This document shows, piece by piece, positions 27,909 to 38,117 of a stretch of 64,000 bases of DNA. Source of the DNA: an uncultured Acidobacteriota bacterium (GTDB lineage: Bacteria > Acidobacteriota > Thermoanaerobaculia > UBA5066 > Gp7-AA6); contig CAVXTP010000006.1 of NCBI GenBank assembly GCA_963764715.1, positions 352,001 to 416,000 on the forward strand, read 5' to 3'. The translations under genes were made by a program, and so were the position numbers. Numbering within the stretch: the first letter of the stretch is position 1; every line of letters starts with the position of its first letter. A model generated the notes under the pieces. The model did no database searches. It saw nothing but the letters and a program-made list of their open reading frames with translations, and was not told where the DNA came from.

Positions 27909-27936
27909 TGCCTCCTGCCTCCTGCCTCCTGCCTCC
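27909..27936 (+). repeat. Heptamer tandem repeat (TGCCTCC)x4
   Basis: Directly visible. Confidence 0.85.
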
Positions 27937-27943
27937 TGCTCCC

Positions 27944-29977
27944 CTACCAGACGTCACACCTTTTATCCTCCGGCCTGACCATCGGCGAGCCCGGCTTGCA
28001 GCCGAACGCCTTCGCGAACTCCGGCAGGTTCGACAGCGGCCCGATGACCCGGAACTTCGCGATCGGGTGCGGGTCGCCCTGCGCCATCGTCCGCGCGAGC
28101 TCGGGGCGGATGGCGTCGCCGCGGAACTGGCCCCACGCGATGAAGAACTGCTGATCCGGCGTGAAGCCGTCGATCGTCGGGAGCGGCGGCTTTCCCTTCT
28201 GCGCGATCTGGAACGCCCGGTAGGCGATGCGCGCCCCCGCGAGGTCGCCGATCGACTCGCCCACGACGAGCCTGCCCTTCTGCGGCACGCCCGGCTCGAC
28301 CTCGTAGGCGTCGTACTGGGCGACGACGCAGGCCGTCTTCTCCTGGAACTTCTTCAGGTCCTCCGGCGACCACCAGTTCTCGAGCCGGCCGAGAGCGTCG
28401 AACTGCGCCCCCTGGTCGTCGAAGCCGTGGCTGATCTCGTGGCCGATCACGACGCCGATCGCGCCGTAGTTGACGGCGTCGTTGAACTCCATCCCGAAGG
28501 CCGGCGGCTGCAGGATTCCGGCGGGAAACACGATCTCGTTGAGCGACGGGTTGTAGTACGCGTTCGACGTCGGGGGCGTCATGCCCCACCGGCCGCGGTC
28601 GACGGGCTTGCCGATCGTCGAGAGGTTGTCGGTCACGTTGAACCGGAGCGCCGCGGCGACGTCGTCCCAGTAGGAGGCCCGCGAGATCGGCACCTTGCTG
28701 TAGTCCTTCCACTTGTCGGGATAGCCGACCTTGGGGTTGAACGTCGAGAGCTTCTCCAGCGCCTTCGCCTTGGTCTCCGCGCTCATCCAGTCGAGGCCCT
28801 CGATCGTCTCCTTCATCGCGAGGAGGACGTTCCGGACGAGCTCCTGCATGCGGGCCTTCGCCGCCGGCGGGAAGTACTTCTCGACGTACTTCCGGCCGAG
28901 CGCCTCGCCGAGCAGGCGGTCCGTCGACTCGGCGCAGAGCTTCCAGCGGGGCTTCATCTCCCTCTCGCCCTTCAGGTAGGCGCCCTTGAACGCGAAGTCC
29001 TCGTCGACGAACGGGTCCGACAGCGACCCGGCGATCGTGTCGACGAGCTGCCAGGTCATGTAGGTCTTCCAGTCCGCGACGGGCGCCGTCTTCAGGAGGC
29101 GCTGCACCTCGGCCATGAACTTCGGCTCGTTGACGTTGACGTCGCCCGCCGGGAAGCCGGAGGCCTTCGCATAGCCCGCCCAGTCGAAGGCCGGGGTCAT
29201 CTTCTGCAGGCTCGCCCAGGCCGTCTTGTGGTCGGTCGCGTTGGGGTCGCGCAGGGCGACGTTGTCGAGCGACGCCTCGGCGAGCCGCTTCTCGAACGCG
29301 AACACGGTCGACGCCGCCGCCTTCGCCCGCGCCGGCGTCCAGCCGGCGAGCTCGAGCATCTTCGCGACGTGCTCGCGGTATTTCTCCCGGGCTTCGACGA
29401 ATCGCTTCTCGGTCTTCACGTAGTAGTCGCGGTCGGGCAGGCCGAGTCCGCTCGCGTAGACGAAGGCGATGACGTCGTTGGGGTTGTGGTTGTCCGAGCC
29501 GCCCGTGACCCCGAACGGAACCGGGATGCCGAGAGCGTGGAATTTCGCGATCATCCGGCCGACGTCGGCCGGGGTCTTCATCGCGTCGATCTCGGCGAAG
29601 TACGGCCGCAGCGGAGCGACGCCGGCCGCGTTGCGCGCGGGCTGGTCCATGCACGCCCCGTAGTAGTCGCCGACGAGCTGCTCGACGCTTCCGCGCCGGG
29701 CGTCCTTGGTCGCCGCGGTCTCCTCGAGGATCTCCTTGAGCTGCTCCTTGGCGTCCTCGCCGGCCTTCCAGCGCCGGCTCCAGCGGGACATGGAGGGCGG
29801 GATCGGGTTGGCCGTCCGCCAGGCGCCGTTGGAGAACGCGTAGAAGTCGGTGCAGGCTTCGACGTTGCGGTCCATGTCGGCGACCTCGATGCCCCTGGGG
29901 GGCTCCTCGGCGGCGACGAAGCCGGGCGAGGCGAGGGCGGCGGCGAGGACGGAAGCGGCGAGGACGCGTCGGTGCAT
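27944..29977 (-). CDS. M13 family metallopeptidase (neprilysin/PepO-like)
   Basis: ACTDFY, NAYY, GHEISHGFDD, GESIGD; signal peptide. Confidence 0.95.
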   Translation of the reverse strand: MHRRVLAASVLAAALASPGFVAAEEPPRGIEVADMDRNVEACTDFYAFSNGAWRTANPIPPSMSRWSRRWKAGEDAKEQLKEILEETAATKDARRGSVEQLVGDYYGACMDQPARNAAGVAPLRPYFAEIDAMKTPADVGRMIAKFHALGIPVPFGVTGGSDNHNPNDVIAFVYASGLGLPDRDYYVKTEKRFVEAREKYREHVAKMLELAGWTPARAKAAASTVFAFEKRLAEASLDNVALRDPNATDHKTAWASLQKMTPAFDWAGYAKASGFPAGDVNVNEPKFMAEVQRLLKTAPVADWKTYMTWQLVDTIAGSLSDPFVDEDFAFKGAYLKGEREMKPRWKLCAESTDRLLGEALGRKYVEKYFPPAAKARMQELVRNVLLAMKETIEGLDWMSAETKAKALEKLSTFNPKVGYPDKWKDYSKVPISRASYWDDVAAALRFNVTDNLSTIGKPVDRGRWGMTPPTSNAYYNPSLNEIVFPAGILQPPAFGMEFNDAVNYGAIGVVIGHEISHGFDDQGAQFDALGRLENWWSPEDLKKFQEKTACVVAQYDAYEVEPGVPQKGRLVVGESIGDLAGARIAYRAFQIAQKGKPPLPTIDGFTPDQQFFIAWGQFRGDAIRPELARTMAQGDPHPIAKFRVIGPLSNLPEFAKAFGCKPGSPMVRPEDKRCDVW

Positions 29978-30079
29978 GGAAACCTCCGGCCGGGGATTCT
30001 ATCGGGCGGGCGCGGACGCGATCCGTCGCCTCCCCACATCGCGCCCCACTGACTCGGCGCGGGCTCCGACTCTGGCCGC

Positions 30080-31696
30080 TCAGGCTCCGTCGAAGCCCAT
30101 CGCGGTGACGAAACGCCGGTGGAACGCGGGGTGCGCCGCGAGCTCGACGTACTCCACGCGGCGGGCGATCGCCTGGGCCTCGAAGCGGCTGTCGGGATCG
30201 ACGAGCATCTGCCGCGCCCCGGCGCCCGCGGCGTTGCCGACCTGGCGGAAGCGCGCGAGCGCGACGTCCGGCAGGAGGCCGAGCCGCACCGCGCTCCGGA
30301 GATCGAGGTAGGACCCGAACGCGCCGGCGACCGCGATCTCCTCGAGCTCGTCCGGCTCCGCCCCCGCCTCGTGCAGGAGCACGTCGATGCCGGCCCGGAT
30401 CGCCGCCTTGGCGAGCTGGATCTCGTTGACGTCGTCCCGGGTGATGACGAGGTCGCGGCCGTGCCCCGTCTCGGACGCCGGGACGAGCAGGAACTCGAGG
30501 CGGCCCTGGCTCTCCCGGACGTGCGGGGCATCGCGGCGGAGGTTGCCCCGCCGATCGATCGCGCCCACCCCGAGCATCCCGGCGATGGCGTCGACGATCC
30601 CCGAGCCGCAGATGCCGAGGGGCGGCACCCGGCCCACCGTGTAGACCGACACCGCCTCCGCCCGGACGTGGACGCGCTCGATCGCGCCCGCCGCCGCCCG
30701 CATTCCCGCGGCGATGTGGGCGCCCTCGAACGCGGGACCGGAGGGCGAGGAGCAGGAGACGAGCCGGTCGCGCCGGGCGAGGCTGATCTCGGTGTTGGTT
30801 CCGATGTCGATCGCCACCGCGGTCCGCCCGGTCGAGCCGATGCCGGTCGAGAGGAGTGTCGCGACGTGATCGGCGCCGACGTAGCCGGCGATGTTCGACG
30901 GAACGAAGATGCGCGTGCCGATCGGGAGGTCGAGACCCGCGTCCCGGGCGTAGAGATCGAGGGCGTCGGTCGTCAGCGGATGGTAGGGCGCGGTGCCGAG
31001 CGTGCGCACGGGAAGCCCCGCCAGGAGGTGATGCATGACGGGGTTGCCGACCGCCACGACGTCGGCGATCCGGTCCCGCGGGACGGCGGCGCGGGCGCAG
31101 ATCTCCGCGATGAGCCGGTTCAGCCGCTCGACGAGCTTCTCGCGCAGAATCCGCGCGCCGGCCGGGTTCTGGTCGGCGTACGCGATCCGGCTGATCAGGT
31201 CCTCCCCGTACCCGATCTGGGGATTCATCGACCCGCCGCGCGCGAGCGTCGCGCCGCTCGAGAGGTCGAGCAGGTAGACCGCGAGCTTGGTCGTGCCGAC
31301 GTCGATGGCGAGCCCCAGGCTCCCCGGCCGGCGGTGCGGCACGGAGGCGAGAGCGAACTCCTTCCCTTCGAGCTGGACGCGCTGCGCGGCGGTCAGCGAA
31401 TCGGGCGGGACGTCGACGGACACGTCGCCGAGCGCCACCGCCTGGCAGGCCAGCCGGACACCCTCCGCCGCCTCTTCCGCCGAGAGCTGCGACTGTTCCT
31501 GCTCGCCCGGCGCGGAGACCGCGCCGCGGATCACCCGCACCCGGCAGCCTCCGCACGTGCCTTCGCCCCCGCAGATCGCCTGGAGCTCCACGCCCACCGA
31601 CTGCGCGGCGGCGAGCAGGGTCGCGCCCGCGGGGACCCGGGCGCGCCGGCCGACGGGCTGAAACTCGACGACGCCCGGACTATCGAGCGTCTGCAC
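30080..31696 (-). CDS. Corrinoid reductive activator (2Fe-2S + ASKHA ATPase; RACo-like)
   Basis: CGGEGTCGGC...RLAC, DVGTT, NPQ..YGEDLISRI, DIGTNTE, GPAFEG, GICGSG. Confidence 0.9.
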   Translation of the reverse strand: MQTLDSPGVVEFQPVGRRARVPAGATLLAAAQSVGVELQAICGGEGTCGGCRVRVIRGAVSAPGEQEQSQLSAEEAAEGVRLACQAVALGDVSVDVPPDSLTAAQRVQLEGKEFALASVPHRRPGSLGLAIDVGTTKLAVYLLDLSSGATLARGGSMNPQIGYGEDLISRIAYADQNPAGARILREKLVERLNRLIAEICARAAVPRDRIADVVAVGNPVMHHLLAGLPVRTLGTAPYHPLTTDALDLYARDAGLDLPIGTRIFVPSNIAGYVGADHVATLLSTGIGSTGRTAVAIDIGTNTEISLARRDRLVSCSSPSGPAFEGAHIAAGMRAAAGAIERVHVRAEAVSVYTVGRVPPLGICGSGIVDAIAGMLGVGAIDRRGNLRRDAPHVRESQGRLEFLLVPASETGHGRDLVITRDDVNEIQLAKAAIRAGIDVLLHEAGAEPDELEEIAVAGAFGSYLDLRSAVRLGLLPDVALARFRQVGNAAGAGARQMLVDPDSRFEAQAIARRVEYVELAAHPAFHRRFVTAMGFDGA

Positions 31697-32393
31697 GGGG
31701 ATCCCGGTGCCGGCAGCGGCCGGCCGCGGCGCAGAGGTCGCAGGTCCGTCCGCCCTCGAAGACGTCGGGACCGAGCCCGACGACCATCGAGAGCGACTTG
31801 CGGGGCTCCATCATGCATCCCGCGCGGAGCCGCACTCCCGCGGGGGCCGCGCCGGAAGGTCCGAGCAGCCCGAAGAGCTGCCGCTGCCCGGGGTCGAGCG
31901 GCCAGCCGGTCATGCCGGGGCCGAGCGGCAGCGTCGCGCGCAGGCCCTCGTCCGCGGCGAGATCCCGAACGCGACGCCGGGCGGCGGCGGCGAGCGCCTC
32001 GACGGCCGCCGTGCCGAACGCGTCGAGCGCCAGGGCGCGCGGCAGGTCCCGCGCGGACATCGCGTCGACCGCCTTCTCGAGCCGGCCGCCGATCGTCGCG
32101 ACGATCGCCACGACGTCCCGCGCCTCCGAAAGCCGCCGGGCGACGAGCGGCCCCGACAGCTCCGCGCCGCCCTCGAGGAGGAGGCGCTCGCCGTCCCGGG
32201 AGCCCACGCGCAGGCGCCGCCAGTCGACGCGCGGCGAGAGAAGGGCCGGGCCCTCGCGGGCGGCGCTCTCGGCGAGGTCGACGAGCCGCGGGCTCCGCCT
32301 CCGGATGCGATCCGGATCGGCGCCCTGGCCGCGCAGGACGGCGTCGGCGTCGACGCCGCGGGCCCAGTCCGGCGAGGCGAGCGCGGTGCTCAC
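31680..32393 (-). CDS. Methionine synthase B12-activation-domain-like protein
   Basis: ATIG..LE...LDAFGTAAVEA...PG..GWPL..Q..LF...M.PRKSLS..G; C-terminal CDLC...C; GTG overlaps the upstream stop. Confidence 0.75.
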   Translation of the reverse strand: MSTALASPDWARGVDADAVLRGQGADPDRIRRRSPRLVDLAESAAREGPALLSPRVDWRRLRVGSRDGERLLLEGGAELSGPLVARRLSEARDVVAIVATIGGRLEKAVDAMSARDLPRALALDAFGTAAVEALAAAARRRVRDLAADEGLRATLPLGPGMTGWPLDPGQRQLFGLLGPSGAAPAGVRLRAGCMMEPRKSLSMVVGLGPDVFEGGRTCDLCAAAGRCRHRDPRADAR

Positions 32394-33839
32394 AGGCCCG
32401 GCAACCCCTGCAGCCCGGCCGCCGCGGCGAGAGGCTCCACGACCGCCCGGAGGCCGCGCTCCCGTTCGACCCCGAGCGCGGGGCGCCGCCAGGACGCGAC
32501 GAGCTCCGCCGCGCGGGAGCGGGCCCGCGCGAAGGCGTCGTGCGATCCGGCCTCCTGCCAGGAGCGAAGCGACGCGCGGTCGATCGCCGCCGACGGCAGG
32601 TGCTGCTCGAGCCGGAAGAGCTTGCGCGTCTCGGGAAGCTTCAGGAACTCGCCGGCGAGGCCGGCCCGGGCGAACATGTCGACCGCGAGCGACCCGGTGC
32701 GCGCCTCGATTCCCTCGAGAAGGCGCCGCGCCGAGGCGATCGCCTCCGCGTCGAGCACGAGCTTCTCGACGCTCTGGACCCCGAGGAAGTCGAGCATCCC
32801 GGCCCCGGAGATCATGTTGATCCCGCCGAGCGCGCCGAGGAGCAGCCCGATGGCGCCCTCCATGCCCGCCTGGGCGTCCACGACCTTGGCGTCGCTTCCC
32901 CCGAGGTAGGCGTGGGTCGGCAGGCCGAGGTGCTTGCCGGTCTCGGCGCACGCGAGGTCCATCATCGCCGTCTCGATCGCGCCCATCGGGGTCGTCCCCG
33001 TGCGCATGTCGAAGATCGACGGGGCGCCTCCCCACACGACCGGCGCGCCCGGCTGCGCGAGCTGGTGGATCACGATTCCGCTGAGGCACTCGGCGGCGTG
33101 CTGCACGACGGAGCCCGCGAGGGTCACCGGGGCGGCCGCTCCGGCGAGCGGGACCGGCACGATCTCCGCCGGCACGCCCGCGCGAGCGAGCTCGACCAGG
33201 CTTTCGGCGGCGAAGTCGGACCAGTGGAGGGGCGGCGACGGGCAGACGTCGAACACGGCGCGGGGCTTCGACCGGAGGGCGTCGCGGCCCCCGGCGTCGG
33301 CCGCGAGGAGGTCGATCATCGAGGAGACCGCGCGCGCCGTGAACGCGCCGGTCACGACCGGCTTGTCCGAGTGCCAGAGGACGAGGAAGAGGCGATACAG
33401 GTCGCCGATGTCCTTCGGAACGTCGTCGCAGACGAGCGCGGTCGACTGCGCCGCGTACTCCGGAAGCATCTCCGCGACCTGGACGAGGCGCACGAGGTCG
33501 TCCGGTCCGGGAGAGCCGGCAGGCGCCCGTCTCGGCGTCGAGGACCTGGACGCACGATGAGCCCGGATCGAACTGGACGGCGTCGCCGCCGTAGCGGACG
33601 CCGGCGCGGCCGCCGCGATCGTGCAGCACGAACTCGCGCGGCGCCGACGCGAGTGCCCGCTCGACCAGCTCCCGCGGGATGCGCGCGACGCCGTCCTCGA
33701 CTCTCGCCCCTCCTCCGGCGAGGAGCGCGGCGACGTCGGGAGCCGAGACGCGCACGCCCGGCGATGCGAGGAGACAGTGCGCCTCGTCGAGGATGCGCTC
33801 GATGAAGGCGCGGTCGAGGAGCGAGATTTTCGGCCGCAT
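32390..33839 (-). CDS. MttB-family (trimethylamine methyltransferase-like) non-pyrrolysine methyltransferase; apparent +1 frameshift at ~33503
   Basis: SPPL, AGAAAPVTLAG, PGAPVVWGG, DMRTG, SDAKVVDAQAG; the N-terminal part lies in the 31680..33839 frame. Confidence 0.88.
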
Positions 33840-33849
33840 CGCCGGAGGG

Positions 33850-34497
33850 CTACCCGCGCACCAGGGCCTTCGCGATCGCCACCGCCGCCACCGCGTCCTC
33901 GCCGTAACCGTCGGCGCCGATCTCCTCCGCCCAGGCCCGCGTCACGGGCGCCCCGCCGACGATCACCTTGACCCGGGGGCGCAGGCCGTGGCGGTCGAGC
34001 GCCTCGACCACCTGGCGCTGGCCGGTCATCGTCGTGGTCAGGAGCGCCGAGACTCCGACGATGTCGGCGCCGATCTCGCGCGCGCGGGTGGCGAACCGCT
34101 CGTACGGCACGTCGACGCCGAGGTCGTCCACCTCGAAGCCGCTCGCCGCGAGCATCGTCGAGACGAGGGTCTTGCCGATCTCGTGGATGTCGCCCTGGAC
34201 GGTTCCCAGGACGATCCGGCCGAGGACATCCCGGCGGGCCCCGCCCTTCTGGAGCTCCGGCTCGAGCACGCCGGTCGCCGCCTTCATCGCCTCGCCCGCC
34301 ATCACGAGGTCGGGAAGGAACATCTCGCCCTTGCCGAAAGTCTCGCCGACGAAGTCGAGCCCCGGGACGTAACCGCGGTTGATCGCGTCGAGCGGCGCCA
34401 TCCCGACGTCGATGGCGCGGCGCGCCAGCTCGGCGGCGCGGTCGGGATCGCCGTCGACGATGCTCTGCCGCATGGCCGGAAGCAGGTCGTCATGCAT
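33850..34497 (-). CDS. Methyltransferase cognate corrinoid protein
   Basis: GTVQGDIHEIGK (DxHxxG), DLGVDVP, SALLTTTM, GGAP. Confidence 0.92.
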   Translation of the reverse strand: MHDDLLPAMRQSIVDGDPDRAAELARRAIDVGMAPLDAINRGYVPGLDFVGETFGKGEMFLPDLVMAGEAMKAATGVLEPELQKGGARRDVLGRIVLGTVQGDIHEIGKTLVSTMLAASGFEVDDLGVDVPYERFATRAREIGADIVGVSALLTTTMTGQRQVVEALDRHGLRPRVKVIVGGAPVTRAWAEEIGADGYGEDAVAAVAIAKALVRG

Positions 34498-35981
34498 CGG
34501 GAGTCTCCGGCTCCGGCCGGCGCCGGCGCGGCGCTCGCCGCCGCGCGCTCGACGACGCGGTGCACCGCCTCGGCGGCGGCGGGATCGAGCGGCTCCGGCA
34601 CGTGCGTCGCGAGGAGCTGCGTCACCCGGTCCGCCGCGCGCTCCACGAGCGACTTCCCGCCGCGGGCGAGCCAGCCCGAGTGGAGGTCGCGGTCGAAGAG
34701 GGTCGGGTACCAGCGCTCCCGCATGTGCCGGCGCGTGTGCGGAAACTTCAGGAACTGGCCGTCCGGGCCCGCCTGGTCGATGAGGTCGAGCGCCAGCGTC
34801 TCCTCGCTGATCTCGACGGGCTGCAGGAAGCTCGCGATCCAGCCCGCGATCTCGTCGCAGATGGCGAGCTGGGCGAGCGAGCCCGACAGGCCCGACTCGA
34901 GGTAACCGAGGTCGTGGAAGAGGTGGCCTCCCGACATCGCGCCGATCAGCATGCTCAGGGCGGCCTCGATCCCGGCCTGGGCGTCGACGATCTTCGATTC
35001 GCTGCTGCCCCCGAGCGTGAAGAGCGGCAGGTCGTAGAAGTGGCCGAGCGCCTCGGCCATGCCCCGCGGTTCCGGCGCCGCGTAGGGGTCGACCATCGTG
35101 CGCATGTCGAGCGCGTCGCCGCCGAAGCCGGGCATGACGTAGGGCGCGCCCTCGCGCTTCGCCTGCGAGATGACGAGGCCCGCGAGCGCTCCCGCGTTGG
35201 ACGAGGCCAGGCCGCCCGCCATCGTCATCGGGCCGCTCGTCCCGCCGGAGACGACCGGGATGTAAAGGGCCGGGAGGCCCTTCTCCGCCAGGAAGAGGAG
35301 CTTCTGCAGCGCGTCGGCGTTGTGCAGCAGGCCGGTCGTGACGTTGATGTAGCAGGCGACGAAGGGCCGCTCGCGCAGGGCCTCGGCGCCGCCGGCGACG
35401 GCCTCGGCCATCTCGACCACCTGGGCGCAGCCGGCCATCTCGTAGGTCACGAAGACGATCGGCTTGACGGTGTTCCGGAGCATGGCCTCGAACTGCAGCC
35501 GGTCGGCGAGATCCGGCGGCACGTCGGACGGCAGGAACATCGACATGAGGAAATGGATGTTCGGCAGCGCATCGCCGAGGCGCGCCGCGTCCGCGACGTC
35601 CTGGAGCACGGCGCGGCGCCGCTCCCCCGTCCGGTGGTCGACGATGTTGAGGCAGTCGGATCCCGGCCCGAAGTACGTCCGGGCGCCCTCGAGGGGCATC
35701 ACCGGATTCCCGCGGCGATCGTGGAGCACGACCCTCCGCGGGGCGCTCGAAAGCGCGCGCTCGACCATGCGGGCCGGAATCCGGACCCGGTTTCCGTCGG
35801 AGACGGATGCGCCGGCCTTCCGGGCGAGCTCCACGGCCTCGGGCTCGAAGAGGCGCACGCCCGTGCGCTCCAGGATCTCGAGGCTCGCGTCGTGGAGGCG
35901 TCGGCACTCCTCCGACGTCAGCCGCGAAAACGCAGCCCTTTCCCGACTCGCGCCCCCGGCTCGGCCGCTCATCTCGGACAC
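34490..35981 (-). CDS. Second MttB-family non-pyrrolysine methyltransferase
   Basis: FGPGS, GTSGPMTMAG, LDMRT, SESKIVDAQAG, GYLESG. As read, the ORF runs to 34302 into the corrinoid gene; removing one base at ~34500 gives a stop at 34490. Confidence 0.88.
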
Positions 35982-36135
35982 CTCGAGGCAGTGTGCGTCA
36001 GGCGTTCCCGCGCGAAGTGATGCGATTGAATCAGCCGTCCGGGGACTTCACGCCGGAGGCGCGCAACCCGGACCGGGTCCGGCGCGTAAGCACGGTGAGC
36101 CGCCTCGATCGACCTTGGCGGCCCATGGGAGGCCT

Positions 36136-37245
36136 ATGAGAGCGATCTTGGCGGCGGCCGGGCTGGCCGCGACGATCACCGCGCGGGCGGCCGAGCCCGC
36201 GACGCCCATTCCCCTGGATCCCGCCCGCTGGCAGCTCGGAGGCGACGCGAAGATCGAGAGCTACCTGGGCCGGCCGGCGCTCCGCATGTGCAGCGCCGAG
36301 GTCGTCGCGAAGGACGTGCAGTTTCTCGACGGCACGCTCGACTTCGATCTCGCCGTCTCGACGCGGCGCAACTTCCCGATGGTCGGGCTGCGGCGGCAGG
36401 GCGAGGGCGAGTACGAGGAGTTCTATCTCCGCACGCACAAGTCGGAGCTGCCCGACGCGATCCAGTACGTTCCCGCGTACCAGGGCGTCGGCGGCTGGCA
36501 GCTCTACCACGGCCCCGGATTCACGGCGAAGGCGGCGTTCCCCCGGAACCAGTGGTTCCGGGTGCGGATCGTGATGTCGGGCACGCGCGCCGCCGTCTTC
36601 GTCGGCGACGTCGCCGAGCCGCAGCTCGTCGTCGCGCGCCTGCGCCGCGAGCCCCGGTCGGGCGGCCTGGAGTTCTCCGACGCCTGCCCGGGGGCGCCCG
36701 AGGGCGAGCGCGTCGCGGCGATCTCGAACATCGTCCTGCGTCCCGGCTGCGTCCCGTACGACTTCGCGAAGTCCACGACGCGCGAGAACGAGCCGCCGAA
36801 GGGCGTCATCCCGGAGTGGGAGATCTCCGAGTCCTTCGTTCCCGACAAGGGGCCGGTCCGGGCGCTTCCGGAGAAGGTCCTGCGCGGCGCGTGGCGGAAG
36901 GTCGCCGCCGAGCCCTCCGGCCTCGTCGTGTTCGAGAAGTCCGTGCCCCTTCCGAAGGACGTCGAGCGGCCGGGGGTCCTGGCCCGCGTCGCCGTGGACG
37001 CCGCCGCCGACGGCGTGCGCCGCTTCGACTTCGGCTTCAGCGACGAGGTCACCGTCTTCCTGAACGGCCGGCCGCTCTTTTCGGGAGACGCGCGCTACAG
37101 CCACGACAACCCGCGCCAGGAGGGCCTCATCGGCTACTGGCAGGGAACGCTCTACCTGCCGCTCAAAAAGGGCCGCAACGAGCTCATCCTCGCCGTCTCG
37201 GAAGTCTTCGGCGGCTGGGGCGTAATGGGGCGGTTCGAGCCCTAG
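36136..37245 (+). CDS. Secreted hypothetical protein (predicted beta-sandwich domains)
   Basis: GGGAGG SD, signal peptide, GC3-rich frame, C-terminal LKKGRNEL...GGWG. Confidence 0.75.
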   Translation: MRAILAAAGLAATITARAAEPATPIPLDPARWQLGGDAKIESYLGRPALRMCSAEVVAKDVQFLDGTLDFDLAVSTRRNFPMVGLRRQGEGEYEEFYLRTHKSELPDAIQYVPAYQGVGGWQLYHGPGFTAKAAFPRNQWFRVRIVMSGTRAAVFVGDVAEPQLVVARLRREPRSGGLEFSDACPGAPEGERVAAISNIVLRPGCVPYDFAKSTTRENEPPKGVIPEWEISESFVPDKGPVRALPEKVLRGAWRKVAAEPSGLVVFEKSVPLPKDVERPGVLARVAVDAAADGVRRFDFGFSDEVTVFLNGRPLFSGDARYSHDNPRQEGLIGYWQGTLYLPLKKGRNELILAVSEVFGGWGVMGRFEP

Positions 37246-37259
37246 CGCCGGGGGATCGG

Positions 37260-38034
37260 CTACTTCGGCTTCGGTCCCTCGAGCGCGACGAGCTTGCGCG
37301 AGGGCCTCCTCGTTCCCCGGATCGACCTCGAGGGCCTTGCGGTAATAGATCGCCGCGAGCTCCTTCCGGCCGGCGCCGTCGAAGGCCGCCGCGAGGCTGC
37401 TCCACGCGTTGCCCGACTGCGGAAACTGGGCGGCGTTGAGCCGGAGGATCTCGATCGCCGCGTCCCGGTTTCCGAGCTCGAGGAGCTCGTCTCCGAAATC
37501 GTCGAGCGAGCGCTCGCCGAAGTCGTAGCCGCCGCGGCCGTAGAACCGCTCGCGAAGCTCGCGATACCGGACGAGGGTTGCGTCGATCCCGGCGCGACGG
37601 TAAGTCTGGCCGAGCTCCTCGACGAGCGTCATCGGGCGTGGCCGTCCCTGGTGGCACGTTCCGCACCACATGTTGACGCGCTTGTCCCCGCTCGGCGCGA
37701 TCTTCTTCAGGTGGCCGTTGATGTCGCCGAGCATCCGGTACATCTCGCGCGCCCGGTCCTTGTTGGGGTTCTGGTCCGAGACGAAGTCGTACGTCGACAG
37801 CGGCTGCCCCTCGGTCCCGACGTGGCAGTGGGTGCAGCGGACCCCGAGCGAGCGGGTGAAGCCCTTCATGATGGCCTGGAGCTTCTCGGCATCGGAGTCC
37901 TTCGGGAGGACCTGGAGGTTCTTCGCCTTCTCCGGCCAGTGCCAGGACGGCTGCTGGGGCATTGCCGCGGCCGCGGCGAAGAGGCCGGCCGACGCGAGCG
38001 CGAGCGCCCGGGCGCGAACGAACGAGCCTGTCAT
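37260..38034 (-). CDS. Diheme c-type cytochrome with C-terminal TPR; apparent +1 frameshift at ~37300
   Basis: Signal peptide, KNLQVL, CTHCH, CGTCH, then AWSSLA...YYRKALEVDP; the corrected end is LRKLVALEGPKPK*. Confidence 0.82.
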
Positions 38035-38117
38035 GGGACCTCCCTCCGGCGATCCTATGGCGAAACCCCCCGCCCCGCCCGGCGTCTCTTGTGAGAACGT
38101 CGACGACGGAGGCGGCC

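Noticed and set aside
31680-33839. Apparent MttB N-terminus fused to a B12-activation domain
   Set aside because: Artefact of the frameshift at ~33503
35982-36135. Possible cobalamin riboswitch upstream of the MttB operon
   Set aside because: No recognisable B12-box motifs by eye; an Infernal scan would be decisive
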